Shown one piece after another: positions 1 to 15,070 of a DNA stretch of 64,000 nucleotides. The position numbers were made by a program, and so were the translations under genes. This DNA is from the human T2T-CHM13v2.0 reference genome, Homo sapiens, in the NCBI RefSeq assembly GCF_009914755.1, contig NC_060928.1. One strand, given 5' to 3'. The number at the start of each line of letters is the position of its first letter. The first letter of the stretch is position 1. The notes beneath the pieces are model-generated. The model did no database searches, was not told the DNA's origin, and saw only the letters and a list, made by a program, of their open reading frames with translations.

Positions 1-12
1 CAAGAAATTTCA

Positions 13-347
<335 letters not shown>

Positions 348-1199
348 TTATACACAGTTGTCAGGCATTATTCTCAGTGACTTCAGTATGTTAACTCATT
401 TAGTACTCACAACAATCCTATGAAGAAGGCACTATTAATATTAATATTTCTATTAATATCCTTATTGCCAGATTCAGTGACCTGCCCAAGAGCCCACAGT
501 TTATATGTGGCAGAGTCTGGCCTGCAGGCCCCTGTTCTCAAATCCTGTTTTTAACTGACATATGTTGCTTCTCTTTTTACATTAATGCAAGTTACTGGGG
601 CCTAGGAATATATTACTTTTTAAAATAGTGTCACTTTCATCATAGCACTTCATTTTTAAAAAACTCTTGTTCAAAGATCACTTAGAAATAATGTTGCCTC
701 TTAAATCTCTCTGATAACCTACATTTTATGTCAACCAAAACAAAACCAAAGAAAAAATATCTCCAAATATGTTGACTATATTTGGAATTAGAAATGAGAA
801 TTATAACCCAAGATGCACAGCTATGGCAAGCCACATATGTATCTGAAGGGAGGAAGATAAAAGGAAGCTTGTACTGGCAAAAGGGGAAGTTCACATAAGC
901 TGCTTAGAAACACAGTTCTTTGGTTTTGGAGACGCAAAACCAGAGCTGGCATCAATTTATCGGTGGAGATGCCATTACTGGGTGGGTGTTCTTTCAAGGG
1001 CATCTTATCTGAATTGCTTCAGCAGTAAATAAAGAACTGCCTGTGGGATTATTTTAGAAAGTCCTTGAGACAGTTTATCTCAGCCATGCAAGCATGAACA
1101 ACCCGCCTTCATGCTCTCTCAGCTCCAGTCTGTTTGGATCTGACAAAAAGGGATCATCCTGGTATCTGCAACTTTCACAAGAATGAATGCGACCTAGAG

Positions 1200-1410
1200 A
1201 TTAGACCTTATTCAATAACATTTTTGTAGCACTGTACTAAGTGCTTTCATAACTTATGTTTATTTAATTCTCACTCCAATCCTTTGTACTATTATTCTGA
1301 TCATCTCATTTTGCAAATAAGTAAATTAAGGCTTAAAGTCATTAAGTAGCTGTCCAGAAATAACACAATTCATGGGGGCAGAGGTGGGATCCAAGTTTGG
1401 GTCTGGCCAT
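1200..1410 (-). mobile_element. MIR fragment
   Basis: ATCTCATTTTGCAAATAAGTAAATTAAGGCTTAAAG MIR core. Confidence 0.6.
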
Positions 1411-1730
1411 GAAGTGTGTGCCCTTAAGCACACACTGCCATTGCCATCAAACACTGAATATGCTCCATGTATTTTTTTTTTAAGAGATCAGACTGCAAAA
1501 GGCTTAAGGGTACACTACTATTTGAAAAGCTCCTAGAGGTAAAACTTGAGCCCAGAAAAATCCTCAGATCTCTTGATGATCTGGGATCAAATTGTGTAAT
1601 ACCAAGGATGTTCACAGTTTATTTTGTAGAGAATTCAAGAGTCATATAAACATGCCAAGCTTCAATTCTTCAAGTATAATTAAACTTTTGATGTTTTCTG
1701 AAATATTTTAGTTTTAAAATATTTTAAGTA

Positions 1731-2263
1731 TGTGAAGGATTTTGGAACATGCTACTCCCAAAATATACCACTCTGGCATATTAACTATTTTGAGTTGAAA
1801 GCACTAGAAAAAACAGCAGGGTCAAGAAGATCACTCTGATCTTCTTTCTTTTTCTTAAAAGTAGCAGATTAAATGCCCACAAAAATATGTTTTCATACCC
1901 GAAGGACAGTAACACTCCTATCTTCAAAGATGGGAACTTGAAGACAAGGGAAATCTATACTAAAAAACCTTGTTAAACTAACTCTTACCTTCCTAGTCAC
2001 ATCTTCACCCAAGTTACCCTAGCCTACACCCCTTTACTTTGTCACATTTTTCACAATTTACCACTCTTTGTCCAATTCACTATGTAAGTGTCCAACTCTA
2101 ACTGCATCGTTGGGTTTTCAACTCCTTATGGAGCCTTCTGCACCATATAAAACATACTACATACATGTGCATGCTTTTCTATTGATTTGTCTTATATCAG
2201 TCTAATTCTGAGGCCCAGGTAAAAAAGCCTAAGGTGGTAGAAGTAAAATTTTGCCTCCCCTAT
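1731..2263 (+). mobile_element. Solo ERV1 LTR (MER34/MER39-like)
   Basis: Starts TG..GGAACATGCTACTCCCAAAATATACCACTCTGGCATA and ends TTTTGCCTCCCCTATA; subfamily uncertain. Confidence 0.6.
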
Positions 2264-3146
2264 ATTTGTATGAAGGTATGAATAATAAACAGATATTTTT
2301 CAGTTTCTGTTTTGCAGTGAGGCTTTCAGAAATATCCCAGAGGTACAGAATTACTTTTGTTTCTAATTACAGTCTATAGCCACACTTGAAAGTGAAATGG
2401 GTGAGCTTTGTAAATCCTTGGCAGTGCAGAAATGTATTTTCCTTATCCCAACAACAAAGATAAAAGGAGTAATATTATTGCAATCCCCCAAATTTGCAAA
2501 CACAATCTTACATTCACCCATCATCGTTATTTCAGAAATATATCATCAATGATTCATCCCTATATGTCTGTTTACATGTGAGCAAGTTTCATTAAACTTT
2601 TCCACCTAACAAAGACTCTGGATTTATTTACTTCAGCTTCCATGGCTTAAGTGTAGCTTGAAATTGCCCAAAGTAAATAGAGTATTGTGTTCTAGTCCCA
2701 AACTATGTTACCAAAGTTAATCCAGGATCTAGTATGTTATCCATTTAATAAATTATACTTTGATGTCCAACGAAATTGCACTATTTTGTTCAATTTTAAG
2801 CTATTTGATACTATAATATATAAAATTTAGCAAGATATCAGTGTATCTGGATCAGAGTTCTCATTACTATAAATTAAATATAATAAAATACACTGTCAAT
2901 AAGTAGTATATTGTGAAGATACTTTAATTTTATGTGGGATACTTGTGTGCATATATATTCAATTTGTTTTGCAAAGAACCTTTATGTATTAAAAATTAAC
3001 AAGGCTAAATAAAAAATAATAGTTTACAGTAGAAAGAAAACAAAAAATAGAGTAGCAAACTAAATAAAGAAGGTAATTCATAATAGCACAAATACAAATA
3101 TAAGAATTGAACTAGAAAGTTGTATTTTTTTCTATGTCGTCTTTAA

Positions 3147-3397
3147 TTTCTTTTTTTAAAATTATACTTTAAGTTCTAGGGTACATGTGCACAATGTGCA
3201 GGTTTGTTACACATGTATACATGTGCCATGTTGGTGTGCTGCACCCATTAACTCACCATTTACATTAGGTATATCTCCTAATGCTATCCCTCCCCTCTCC
3301 CACCACCCCACAACAGGCCCCGGTGTGTGATGTTCCCCTTCCTGTGTCCAAGTGTTCTCATTGTTCAATTCCCACCTATGAGTGAGAACATGCGGTT
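3147..3397 (-). mobile_element. L1PA 3'-end fragment (young primate L1, 5'-truncated)
   Basis: TTATACTTTAAGTTCTAGGGTACATGTGCAC...CCCACCTATGAGTGAGAACATGCGG. Confidence 0.93.
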
Positions 3398-3499
3398 TTT
3401 AAACAAAACGTATGTATTCAAATAACCAATGGGTCCCAGAAATAGTAATGAACACCGCACTACGATAGGGAACTTTGTATAACACCCCTCACCTTAAAG

Positions 3500-3837
3500 C
3501 AGCAGTCCCCAACCTTTGTGGCACCGGGGACTGGTTTCATGGAAGACAACTTGGCAGTGGGTGGCGGTGGGGAAGTGGTGCACAAGGATCGAGGGGGATG
3601 GTTTCAGGATGAAACTGCCCCACCTCAGATCACCAGACATTCGTTAGATTCTCATAAGGAGCATGCAACCTAGATCTCTCACATGTGCAGTTCACAATAG
3701 GGTTGATCTGACAGGAAGTGGAGCTCAGGCAGCAATGCTCGCTGGCCCACCACTCACCTCCTGCTCTGTGGCACAATTCCTAACAGACCATGGGCTGGGC
3801 CAGTGATGGTCTGTGGCCTGGAGGTTGGGGACCTCTG
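3500..3837 (+). mobile_element. MER1B-type hAT-Charlie DNA transposon
   Basis: TIRs CAGCAGTCCCCAACC / GGTTGGGGACCTCTG; perfect 8-bp TSD CCTTAAAG at 3492-3499 / 3838-3845. Confidence 0.9.
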
Positions 3838-3897
3838 CCTTAAAGGAATGAGTCTAATACAATTACAAGCAAAACCAAATTAAATTAAATAACTTAC

Positions 3898-4022
3898 AAA
3901 AAAAATAGTGCAGGTAACTTCTCCATTTTCCTTAGTTTTTCAACTAGAAGTGGAAACATGGTGATCATGTTTTCTGGACTCAAATCTGCTTCAGGACTAA
4001 GATTCTGAAGTACCATTCTGGC
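3898..4022 (-). CDS. DDX60: DDX60 exon 25 (ARMVLQN...LPALFF)
   Basis: tacag|GCCAGA ... TTTTTT|gtaagt; 125 nt. Confidence 0.93.
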
Positions 4023-5032
4023 CTGTAGTGGTGAATACAAAACAATTTTAAGTTCTGCATGAGAAAGAAAGAAATTACTACTTTTTGCTAAAATATTTTC
4101 ATAGTTGTCTAATATATGTTTTTGGGTTTTTTTAAAATAGTCCTATGAAAGTACATTATAAAACGAGGCAAAGAACCATCAAAGAAACATACAAACCCAT
4201 ACACTAGAGAACAAAAATTTGGCAGTAATATATACACACATATGCAATTTAACCTGCAATTTTTAAGACAATACAAATCAGGAATAGAAGGATTTTTCAG
4301 CAAATGATGCTGGTTTCACTATGACAGGAGGGCAAGTGTGAATCAGTTTCTACATTATGTCAAAAAATCACATCCAAATATATTTTCAAGGTCTGTAAAT
4401 GACAGAATAGCTAGAAGAAAATGTAACTCAATTATATTATGTTTTTGAATGGGAGTAGATTAAGGTATTACAACAAAAAAAAATCCAATGAGAAAAGTCT
4501 AATATATGTCATTCCTCAATCTGTGCCAATAAATCAAATTTCAAAATATGAAGACCATCAACTTATTAAAACAAATATCTGTAACTTATATAATTCCAGG
4601 TAAAGTTTTAATACACAAATAGTTCCTACAACTTGAAATAAGAAGAAGAAAAGGACAATAAACTGCAAGTCAAAAAAGACAGAGGAGTAAAACAATCTTC
4701 TCAGAGACTGTTACTGTGAGTTCAGTTTCTCTACTGCCAAAGTATCAACAATATCATCTCTATGGATAGTGAACCTTCTGTTCTTATCTGCTATGCCATT
4801 TAGAAGCAACCAGTAGCCTCTGGCACATGGTTCAGAAGACACTGAGGATAAGACAAAGACCAGTTTACTTTCTCTTTTTATTCTATCTCAGAATTACTAG
4901 ACTTCAAGTTCAACTTAAATTTCTAAAATAAAAATTGAGGATTAAAAAAAATCAGAAAATGGTATTAACTGAATGATATAACTCAAGAAAACAACAAAAA
5001 TAAAGTTTGGCCAAAAAGCGTATGAAAATTAC

Positions 5033-5161
5033 CTGCTCTACGTTGCCATTTTTAATCCAACTTGTTAATTCTGCCTTTAGACTCTCTTCATATTTCCTAG
5101 CATCCATCTTTTTAATGACTAATTTATTGTTAAAATGAATGAAGTTTTCTGGGCACAGTTC
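5033..5161 (-). CDS. DDX60: DDX60 exon 24 (ELCPENF...GNVEQ)
   Basis: tcaag|GAACTG ... GAGCAG|gtaatt; 129 nt; within ORF 4952..5224. Confidence 0.94.
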
Positions 5162-5715
5162 CTTGAAAACAAATATTACAAAATTAGGCACAATCATGCA
5201 AGAAAATCCAAAAGTATTTCTCAATTATATGCCTCATTAACAGCCTTACAAGTTTCTTGAGCACAGAGATGGTTAAACTTTTTATCTCCACATGGCTTCT
5301 AATGCATAACGTTACTAGGATGGATGAGCTCTTCAAAAGAGAGGATACAAAGCAAAACAAAGTAGAAGATGAAAACAAACAGCAATTGGGACTTAGAAGG
5401 GAAGCAAGTGTAATAAAAAGAAATATGAATCTAAGGTGTAAGAAGACTGAAATATAATAGTGTTCTAGAAGTTGCAGAAGTTGAAAAGATTTCAAAAAAA
5501 AAAAAGAAGAAATATTCTCAGGAATTAAATAAAATACAAATTAAAACCCATTAAAAAACAAACAGATAATGTTAGAAATATGAGAAGAGGCACTCTTATT
5601 GTAGGAAGAGTCAACTAATAATTTTAAAAGATTAGATGCCAGTGATTAGAAAGGGTGAGAGTTTGTCAATGTTATCATCCTCTATAATAGGATTAATTAC
5701 ATCATTATTATTTAC

Positions 5716-5820
5716 CTGGGCCCGAGGCCAACTTTTCCAAATTTGAAACATGGCATCATACAGCTGGATGCTTTCTCGAGGTGAAAGGGTAAGATCAGGA
5801 GGGAATCCATACCTTTCAAT
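5716..5820 (-). CDS. DDX60: DDX60 exon 23 (IERYGFP...WPRAQ)
   Basis: aacag|ATTGAA ... GCCCAG|gtaaat; 105 nt. Confidence 0.94.
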
Positions 5821-6520
5821 CTGTTTAAAATAAAATTAAAATTTTTACTCTTTATTTTATTTTATGTCGTATCCTTTGCCTCTTAGTCACTATCATAACC
5901 CAAAGACACTGAAAGGCAATAAACTAAAATGTTCAAATGCTGATAGGTGCTAAATGCTACCAAATTCTATCAACACAGTTCCCTGAATCACAAAAGAGGG
6001 AAAAAAGCCAAAAGCCCACCAAAAAATTTTAATATTACTTCCCAAGACCTTTTCATTGTGCTAATTTTCTATGAACTGACTTCATAATTGAAATCAGAGC
6101 GATGGGAAGCTGAAAGATTTGTGGACTCAGTTTAGACAATACATAACTTCTATCTTACAGCTAACACCAAAACTGATGTAATTAAGAATGTGATTCTTTA
6201 CTTTTATGTGTACCAAGCCAGGCTAAAATGGGAAAATCTTATTTGCTTAAGTTTCAAGATAAGAACTGGGTCAACTTCAAGATAAAGGCTCTTAAACCAC
6301 CTTCAAGACTCCAAGAAATTTCTCCCAAAGGTCACTGACAGGTCTGCTTTAAGTCTTCTTAATAATGTATGCCATTCATTTTTTCCACAAATATTTTTAA
6401 GTGGAAATAAAAAATTCCTGTTCTCAAAAAGTTTCACTGTAGTATTTTCTACTGGTTTCAATCACTACTGCTACAAATCATTTGCATGTAGAAACATACT
6501 CTCTGAGATGTTAATAGGAA

Positions 6521-6890
6521 TGTAGTATAGACTGAATGTTTGTCTTCCCCCAAAACTTACATATTGAAACCGAATCCCCAATGTGATGGTATCTGGAGGC
6601 AAATCCTCTGGGAGATGATTAGGTCATGAAGGAAGAACCCTCATGAATGGGATTAATGCTGTTATAAAAGAGACCACAGAGATCTCCCCTGTCCCTTCTG
6701 CCATGTGAGGGCACAGCAAGAAGACAGCTTATCTATGAACCAGAAAGCAGGCCCCCACAAGACACCAAATCTCCCAGGGCCTTGACCTTGGACTTCCCAG
6801 CCTCCAGAATTCTGAAAAATAAATCTTTGTTTCTAAAGCCTCTCAATTTGTGATATTTTTGTTACAGAAGCCTGTTGAATGGGCTAAGAG
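6521..6890 (+). mobile_element. MaLR solo LTR (MLT1A-like)
   Basis: TGTAGTATAGACTGAATGTTTGT...GGACTTCCCAGCCTCCAGAA...AATAAA. Confidence 0.8.
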
Positions 6891-8834
6891 AGTATTCTTC
6901 AAAAAAGAAAAAAGAGAGAGAAATGATATATATTGTATCAAATAGGATTCTTTGGGATTTCTCACTGGAAATGTTAAACCTCAAAGAAGTAAATATAGCA
7001 TGCAAATTTATCCAAAATAATTTGACAATAGGGCACTTGCTTTCGTAAATAGCTATTAATATGTTTTAAAATTCAGGCTTCAAATTTCGGGGCTAAAAAA
7101 GCCACTCCAAACACAACACAGTTGAAAAAAACTGGAGATGATGTTTGGTAGAATGGAAAGTACAGGAGAGTATGAATCAGAAGATCTGGTTCTAATTGCA
7201 CCTGTAAATGCTAGTTCCTCATCCATAATATAGGAATGAAAATACAATATTTTTACTTCCACCCTAAAGACTGCAGTGAGAGCAGACAAAATCAACATAT
7301 GTTCTTCAAACCTTTAAAACTATAGAACGTAAAACAATTCCTGGAATCATCGTTTAACATCTCAGTTGGAGTACTGAAAGATAGCTAAATGCTAAGGACT
7401 ATATTATATCAACATACTAAATAAAACAAAACACCTATTATTTTGTAATGTTGGCATCTTGCTCTCTTGTTAGGTATTACTTGAAAGTGGTTACTTATTC
7501 GACCTATCTAAAATAAAAACATACAATAAATCCAAGATTTATTATAATTTTAAAATATAAATCTTCTGTTTTTGGTTGCTAGCTAGAATGCTTATGATTT
7601 CTTAAGTCTCTTAGCCTTTTAGAGAGGTCTGAGCTTCCTCATTTCTAAAATGGAGGATAATTCTGCCTGTGACATAGATTTCTTATGAGAATTATATTAG
7701 ATAACATATGTAACAGACTTAGTAAAATGCCTGGCATATGATTAATGCCACAGCCATCAATATGATTGACTAATTATCCCTTATAGTTCTTAATCTTTTA
7801 AATCAGTTTAACAGTCCTATGCCTAAATACTGGGGATCCAATTCAGTTGTTCTCCACTACACAGTGACTAATGATCCTGCAAAAGTTGAGTGAGTCTAGG
7901 CAGAAAATGAAGAGAAATAAAAGGTCACAGATTTGTACCATTCTTTATTTATAAACACAATAGTATTATACCATGATGCTATTTTTGTAAACCACATTGT
8001 CCCTAATGTCATAGGTGACGGTAGGCATTGATCTATGCTGAGCAGAAACAGATAGATAGCAGTTCTTTCAAGGACTTCCTGGGGCTGATAGCTCTCCAGG
8101 AGTCAGCAGCTGTTCCTGTGTGGCATGAAAATTGGGCCAAAAGCCAAAGACACTGTCCTTAGCCAGAAACAAGCCATGTATGGATTGAAGGCGATCCCTC
8201 ACCATGGTTGGATTCAGATCAGCTCACTGGTCCTGCCCCCACTCCTGAAATCATTTTTATACTACAACTATAGAGGAAAGGACCCAGGTGGATGGCCGTT
8301 CTTATGTTGCCATAGTTTATTATGTTTTTTTCTTGCCACTCCATTTTTTCATATTAATCTGAAAAATGGACTACACAAGACCAGGAATTATTTACTCAGT
8401 TGAAAGGTCTCTTTGGTTTTTATCACTGCTTCTTTAGGATATGTCCTATATAAACACATGCTATACCATGCAGCTGTCAAAACGGACTTACTAATACCTA
8501 AGTCTTTATGTTCATTCTGCATTCCTGCCACAAAAGTCTAGACATCTTAAGAAGACTCATACAACAGCATGACCTTTGCAGAAGTCATCTGGGGTCACAG
8601 CACACTGTAGCAGTTCTATTGCTTTCCAGTTACTCCATTAATAGCTACTGAAAATAGAGGAAAGGCACTTGGACCAAAATGACAATTTCAGCAAGTACTC
8701 CAAACCACTATATTCATTGCTGCTTAAAGATAATCTGCCTTGAACCATCCTACACAGAATAATTTTTAAAAACTATACTGTTTTTAAAATGCCACATAAT
8801 GATGAAAATGTCAGATAACTCCTGGATATCATAA

Positions 8835-8935
8835 AGGAAAGAAGGGAGGGAAGGAGGGAAGGAGGGAAGGAAGGGAAGGGAAGGGAAGGGAAGGGAAGGG
8901 AAGGGAAGGGAAGGGAAGGGAAGGGAGAAAGAAAA
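8835..8935 (+). repeat. (GGAA)/(GGGAA)n polypurine repeat
   Basis: Direct reading. Confidence 0.95.
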
Positions 8936-9129
8936 ATGAGAGAATAAAGTGCCTTTTATTCTTATATGTGGGTTATCATCCATATTCTAGATTTGGGGTA
9001 TGAGTTAAGTCACAAGAATTTTGTCCATATTTAGGTTTATTTAGAATTTGGATTGGGCCATTGTCACACAAGAGATAAGTTCCCATAACAAAATCCTATT
9101 AGAAAATTACCATCAGCCAGCTTGCTTTT

Positions 9130-9800
9130 AGAAGCCAACTTGTTTGAGATTGTATCCTGGCCCCACCATTTACTTAATGATGCAACACTGAGTTAGTTAA
9201 GTTCTCTATGCCTCACTTTCCTCATTGTAAAGTGGGAATAGTATTAAGACATCTATCATAAGATTGTTGTAATGGTTAAAAGAGGTTTAAAAACGTAGAA
9301 TTTTTAGAACATGAAGTAAGTGCTCAATTTAGGTTAGCTGTTCTTATTTAACATACACTTAGTACCTTTTATATACATAGCAATTTGTTAGGAAATGAAG
9401 GACACAAAATTTGTCTTCAAAGAGTTATTCTAGTAAGTAAAGACTATATGCATGTAAACAACTTAAGCAGTAAGCTCATCATGGCTGGTGTCGTATTAGA
9501 AACACAGACAAGGTATTATTGAGAGAAGAAAGATTACATCTAGCTAAGAAAGTCAGAGAAGAATTCAGAAAAGGTTTCACATTTGAAGAATTATGGAAGA
9601 TGAACAGTATCTGAATGACTGGTATTTGGCATCCGGTTTGAAATATTCTAAGAGCAATATATAGCATGAGGGCTGCCAGGTAAGATATCCCCAGTGAATG
9701 AATGGAAAGGAGATTGGGGCCAGGTCATAGATGACCTTGGTTGTCAAGCTAAGGAGGTATGCATTTAGCTTTTTCCAAAAGAAAGTCAAAAGAGACTTGG
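9130..9800. mobile_element. MIR followed by L2 fragments
   Basis: CTCTATGCCTCACTTTCCTCATTGTAAAGTGGG MIR core; L2-like sequence downstream. Confidence 0.6.
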
Positions 9801-10609
9801 AAAGATCAAAATTATCTTCAAAGAAAGCTGAGAGTTACATTTAATTATATTCGTGTCAAATTATGTTGACTTTTGTGCTCTAAAAATTTTACATATTTTA
9901 CCTCCTTTAATCATCACAACAATCTTATGATGGATGTCTTATTATGTTTAACATAACAGAATTTGGAATATATTTAAGGTTTTAGAAGGAAGACAAAACT
10001 ATTGACTAATCATCACTTTGAAAGCCAAAGGAAGTTTAAATGGGCCATGTATGGGACTAGGATGAGAGAGGAAGAGAACTATGCAAGAAAAAGTAAGTAA
10101 TCTTTCCCCACTCACACCCCGGTGTCCCAGCTGAAATCTTCCTAAGACCTCCACCTTACTGGCTCACCACCAAAAAAATCATGTCGTGATTGCTACATTA
10201 GTGAGAATGTCTTTTACCTGATTTTTCTATGTACTAGGGATTGTCTACATATAATTGTATGGCTGCACTATGAGAAGAATTAGTGTCAGAGGGGTAGACA
10301 GACAGACATGGGAGCTGAGAGGAAGAAAAATTGCCAAAGAAAACATCCGAGAATAAATAAAATTAGCTAAAAATTCAGGTTAAATTTGTAGTGGTTTTTA
10401 ATCTTTGTGTATTCAGGCATTGTTGAAGAACCAATGAGAATTAGAAAGAATACTCTTGTTATTTTTTAAATTAAGGTTAAAGTATCAGTTTCTGTAATTC
10501 TGTAATTCTATTCTATAATTCTGATACATATCAATTAGGCAGCATTTATTTATAATATATACAAATATTTTATATTACTTAGAACAAATATGGCTAAAAT
10601 ATTACCTAC

Positions 10610-10719
10610 ATGATCTGTTGTTAGTGCAGCACATGGGTGAAAATGATCAAAATGAATGTCACCATGTTTTATTGAACATACATGCTTCTCTAGATCATTA
10701 TACCTCTCTCCATAGAGCA
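10610..10719 (-). CDS. DDX60: DDX60 exon 22 (VLYGERY...ALTTDH)
   Basis: tttag|TGCTCT ... GATCAT|gtaggt; 110 nt; preceded by a 149-nt intron. Confidence 0.92.
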
Positions 10720-10868
10720 CTAAAAATGAAGAACAAGAATTTCCACATCAATGGAAATGTAATCACTGAAACAAATTTAAAGTAAACGGCATCAAGATCA
10801 AGGCAATGGCAGATTTTTTAAAAATAATAAAATAAAAGGCAAGCTTTATATAAATATATCAAACATAC

Positions 10869-11011
10869 CAAGTCTAACTTTATACGATTGTTTTACTTGC
10901 AAGTAGTCTTTGGGAAAGCCGGCCTGACGACCCACATGTCTTTTAGAAGCGGTATTATTTTCAATTATTTTGTCTTCTTGTTTCCAGTACCATTTTACCG
11001 ATTGTAGCCAC
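10869..11011 (-). CDS. DDX60: DDX60 exon 21 (WLQSVKW...YKVRL)
   Basis: ttaag|GTGGCT ... GACTTG|gtatgt; 143 nt; within ORF 10846..11097. Confidence 0.94.
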
Positions 11012-11119
11012 CTTAAAAAATAAATGTACATATTATTTAGGCAGAACATGGAACTACTTCCTGTGAAATTAAGTAGTTTAAGTAAAGACAATTTCATCTT
11101 CCTTATAAAGTGTACTTAG

Positions 11120-11390
11120 GGGAATAGACTCAGAAGCCAGACTACCTGAAATTAAATCCCAACCTTCTTAGTAATAGCTGTGTCTCTTGGTTGAATAACT
11201 TCATCTTTCTGTACCTAGTTTTCCACATTTTAAAATGGAAATATGGTATTCATATTGGAACTGTGACTATTTAATAGTAGTAATGGAAGTAAGCTTAAAT
11301 CATAAGGGTTGCTGGGCATTTAAAATAAATTAATACATGTAAAGCACTTAGAACAGTACTGGGCACATAGGAGGTATTATAGGATTGTTA
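11120..11390 (+). mobile_element. MIR
   Basis: AAATCCC...TAGCTGTGT...TGTAAAGCACTTAGAACAGTACTGGGCACATAG. Confidence 0.7.
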
Positions 11391-11881
11391 TTAGTAAATA
11401 AATAACTATTATTATAAAGTAAAAAAATTATTAGTAGTAGGCAAAAATCAAGCCCAATGACAAGATAAAATGGGGTTTTCATCTAATAAGAATTTGCTAT
11501 CTTTCTAAACATCTCTGTAAAGTGGGAAAATGGACCACAGGACCCATGGCTGAGTGTGTTGTTATATCATTTTATTTTTTATTTCTTGGTGAAGGACAAA
11601 AAAAGAAACAAAAATATATCTTTTCTGATGAATCATTTTTGGGATGGGGGAAATTTCCTACTCAATTGTAGATCTAGGTGGGGAAGTCCTTAATTTATAC
11701 AGGGTGGCTTTCCTCAACTACGGCCAGGAGGTGTAGAGAGATGCAGTTTCTTGAAGATTCAGAAATAAACTATTAAATTCACTAGAAAATTATGAAACTC
11801 CTCAGAATCCACAGAGAAATTATGAAATTCAAATATTCAAAATAGATAAACACTCTGTCCAAATTGAAACTTAATGCCTAC

Positions 11882-11997
11882 TCGGTGAGATGTTCAGGAT
11901 TACTTATGGTAGCTGAAAGAGCCAAAAAGGGACATCGGATCATGACAAGGAGATGTTCCCAGATTTCTGCTCCAATTTCTCCACCAAGACAATGAAC
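11882..11997 (-). CDS. DDX60: DDX60 exon 20 (VHCLGGE...LSATISNPEHLT; motifs II and III)
   Basis: aatag|GTTCAT ... ACCGA|gtaggc; 116 nt. Confidence 0.95.
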
Positions 11998-12049
11998 CTA
12001 TTAAACAAAAAAAAAAAAATCTCAACTGAAAAGTTGATTTAAAAATAGC

Positions 12050-13262
<1,213 letters not shown>

Positions 13263-13876
13263 ATCAAACTAGATTCAGAAAAGAGTCTCAAATGTGGTCT
13301 TCATTTAAGAGATTAAAGTATGACACCTAGCAAGCAACTGAAAAAGACTTACTATCAAAGTCAAATTATATACCTATTAGAATATGCATACCCACTGCCC
13401 ATCTGGGCTTGTACTGGTGAGATAAAATACCACTCCATCAAATATTGACCTTATGCTTTGCACTAGATAGCACTGTTCCCTGATTCTGCCAGAATAGACA
13501 TTAGCCTTTAAAACCTTTTGGTTTTATCCCTTACACAAAATTTGAAAAACTGAAATAGCCAAAGTCATATCGTCATAGCACTTCAGAGTTTTGAGATCAG
13601 ATTTTAATTCAAAGTTCTAGATTGCACAGACAAAGTTGTTGGATTTTTGAAAACTATAATATTCAAGACCTTCATGATGCAATATGAGATTAACCAAAAA
13701 TAAATATAATAAATCAGTATCAAACAAATCCAAAGCACAGCCTATTTGGTAGCTCCAAGTTTACAGCAAGGAAAAGGTAAGTTACAGAGATTTGTTAAAC
13801 TTTTCCCCTTTGAATGTAAAATTCCACAGAGTCAAAGAATATATCTTTCTATCATGTTTTAAATCTCTTTTAATAA

Positions 13877-14205
<329 letters not shown>

Positions 14206-14279
14206 AATAAATATTCCAAATAATGCTGCAATATAGCTTTGCTAAGTATCTTCCATTTGCCCCAATAAATCGCTACAAA

Positions 14280-14700
14280 TCTACATTGTTTTTTATTCTG
14301 CTCTCTCTTCCCAGGGAAGCTGACCCATAGACACTTCGTCAAAAGGACTCTTATGATTTCTGGTTCCACTGCGTTTGGCCTATGAAGGGTCTTGGCCATA
14401 GATCAGAAGAAGTGGGGAGACTGAGGCTGAGGTCATTTTTCCATTGGCTCCTTTCCTGCAAAGCTACCTTGAATCAGCTATGTTCCTCACAATATGGCCA
14501 ACTCAATTGGAATCTCCTTTTGAGTTTCCATAAATGCTTCCACGCCCTGCCCCTTTAAGCCAAGGGGCAAACTACTAGCTCTATATTACTGCACTAACCC
14601 TTGTGGATTCCCTCACATACACCTTTGAAAAATACACTTCTTGAATTATTGCATTTCAAGAGTGTCATTTAATTATCTGTTGGGATCATGACTGATAAAA
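14280..14700 (+). mobile_element. Old ERVL-type LTR (LTR33-like)
   Basis: GGGAAGCTGACCC...TTTGGCCTATG...ends GGGATCATGACTGATA; weak recognition. Confidence 0.45.
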
Positions 14701-15070
14701 CTTATGTAATTGACATCATTGTTAGAGCCAAAAATTATTTACTTTAGAGGTCAAAGATTGGATTGAAATCTCTGTCCAGGGAAACTTGTACCAGGATGGT
14801 TGAATTCTATTTCCCCTGAAACAGTTGTCAATGAAAGATTCCACTCCCATACAGAACTCTGCAGGGTGCATCATTTTACCCTATTGAGTCACAACAGGAA
14901 AAGGGAGCCAAAAAAGTGATTTTTCCTGAAAAATCACTCAGGAAAAAAAAACGGAGGCCTTCTCAATCTGAACTCCATCCAAGGGGATAGATGTCCTGAA
15001 ACACCAAATATCTTCATTGCTATGCAAGTGTGCACTAGGGAATTAAGCAAAGAAAGAACACCAAACCTAC

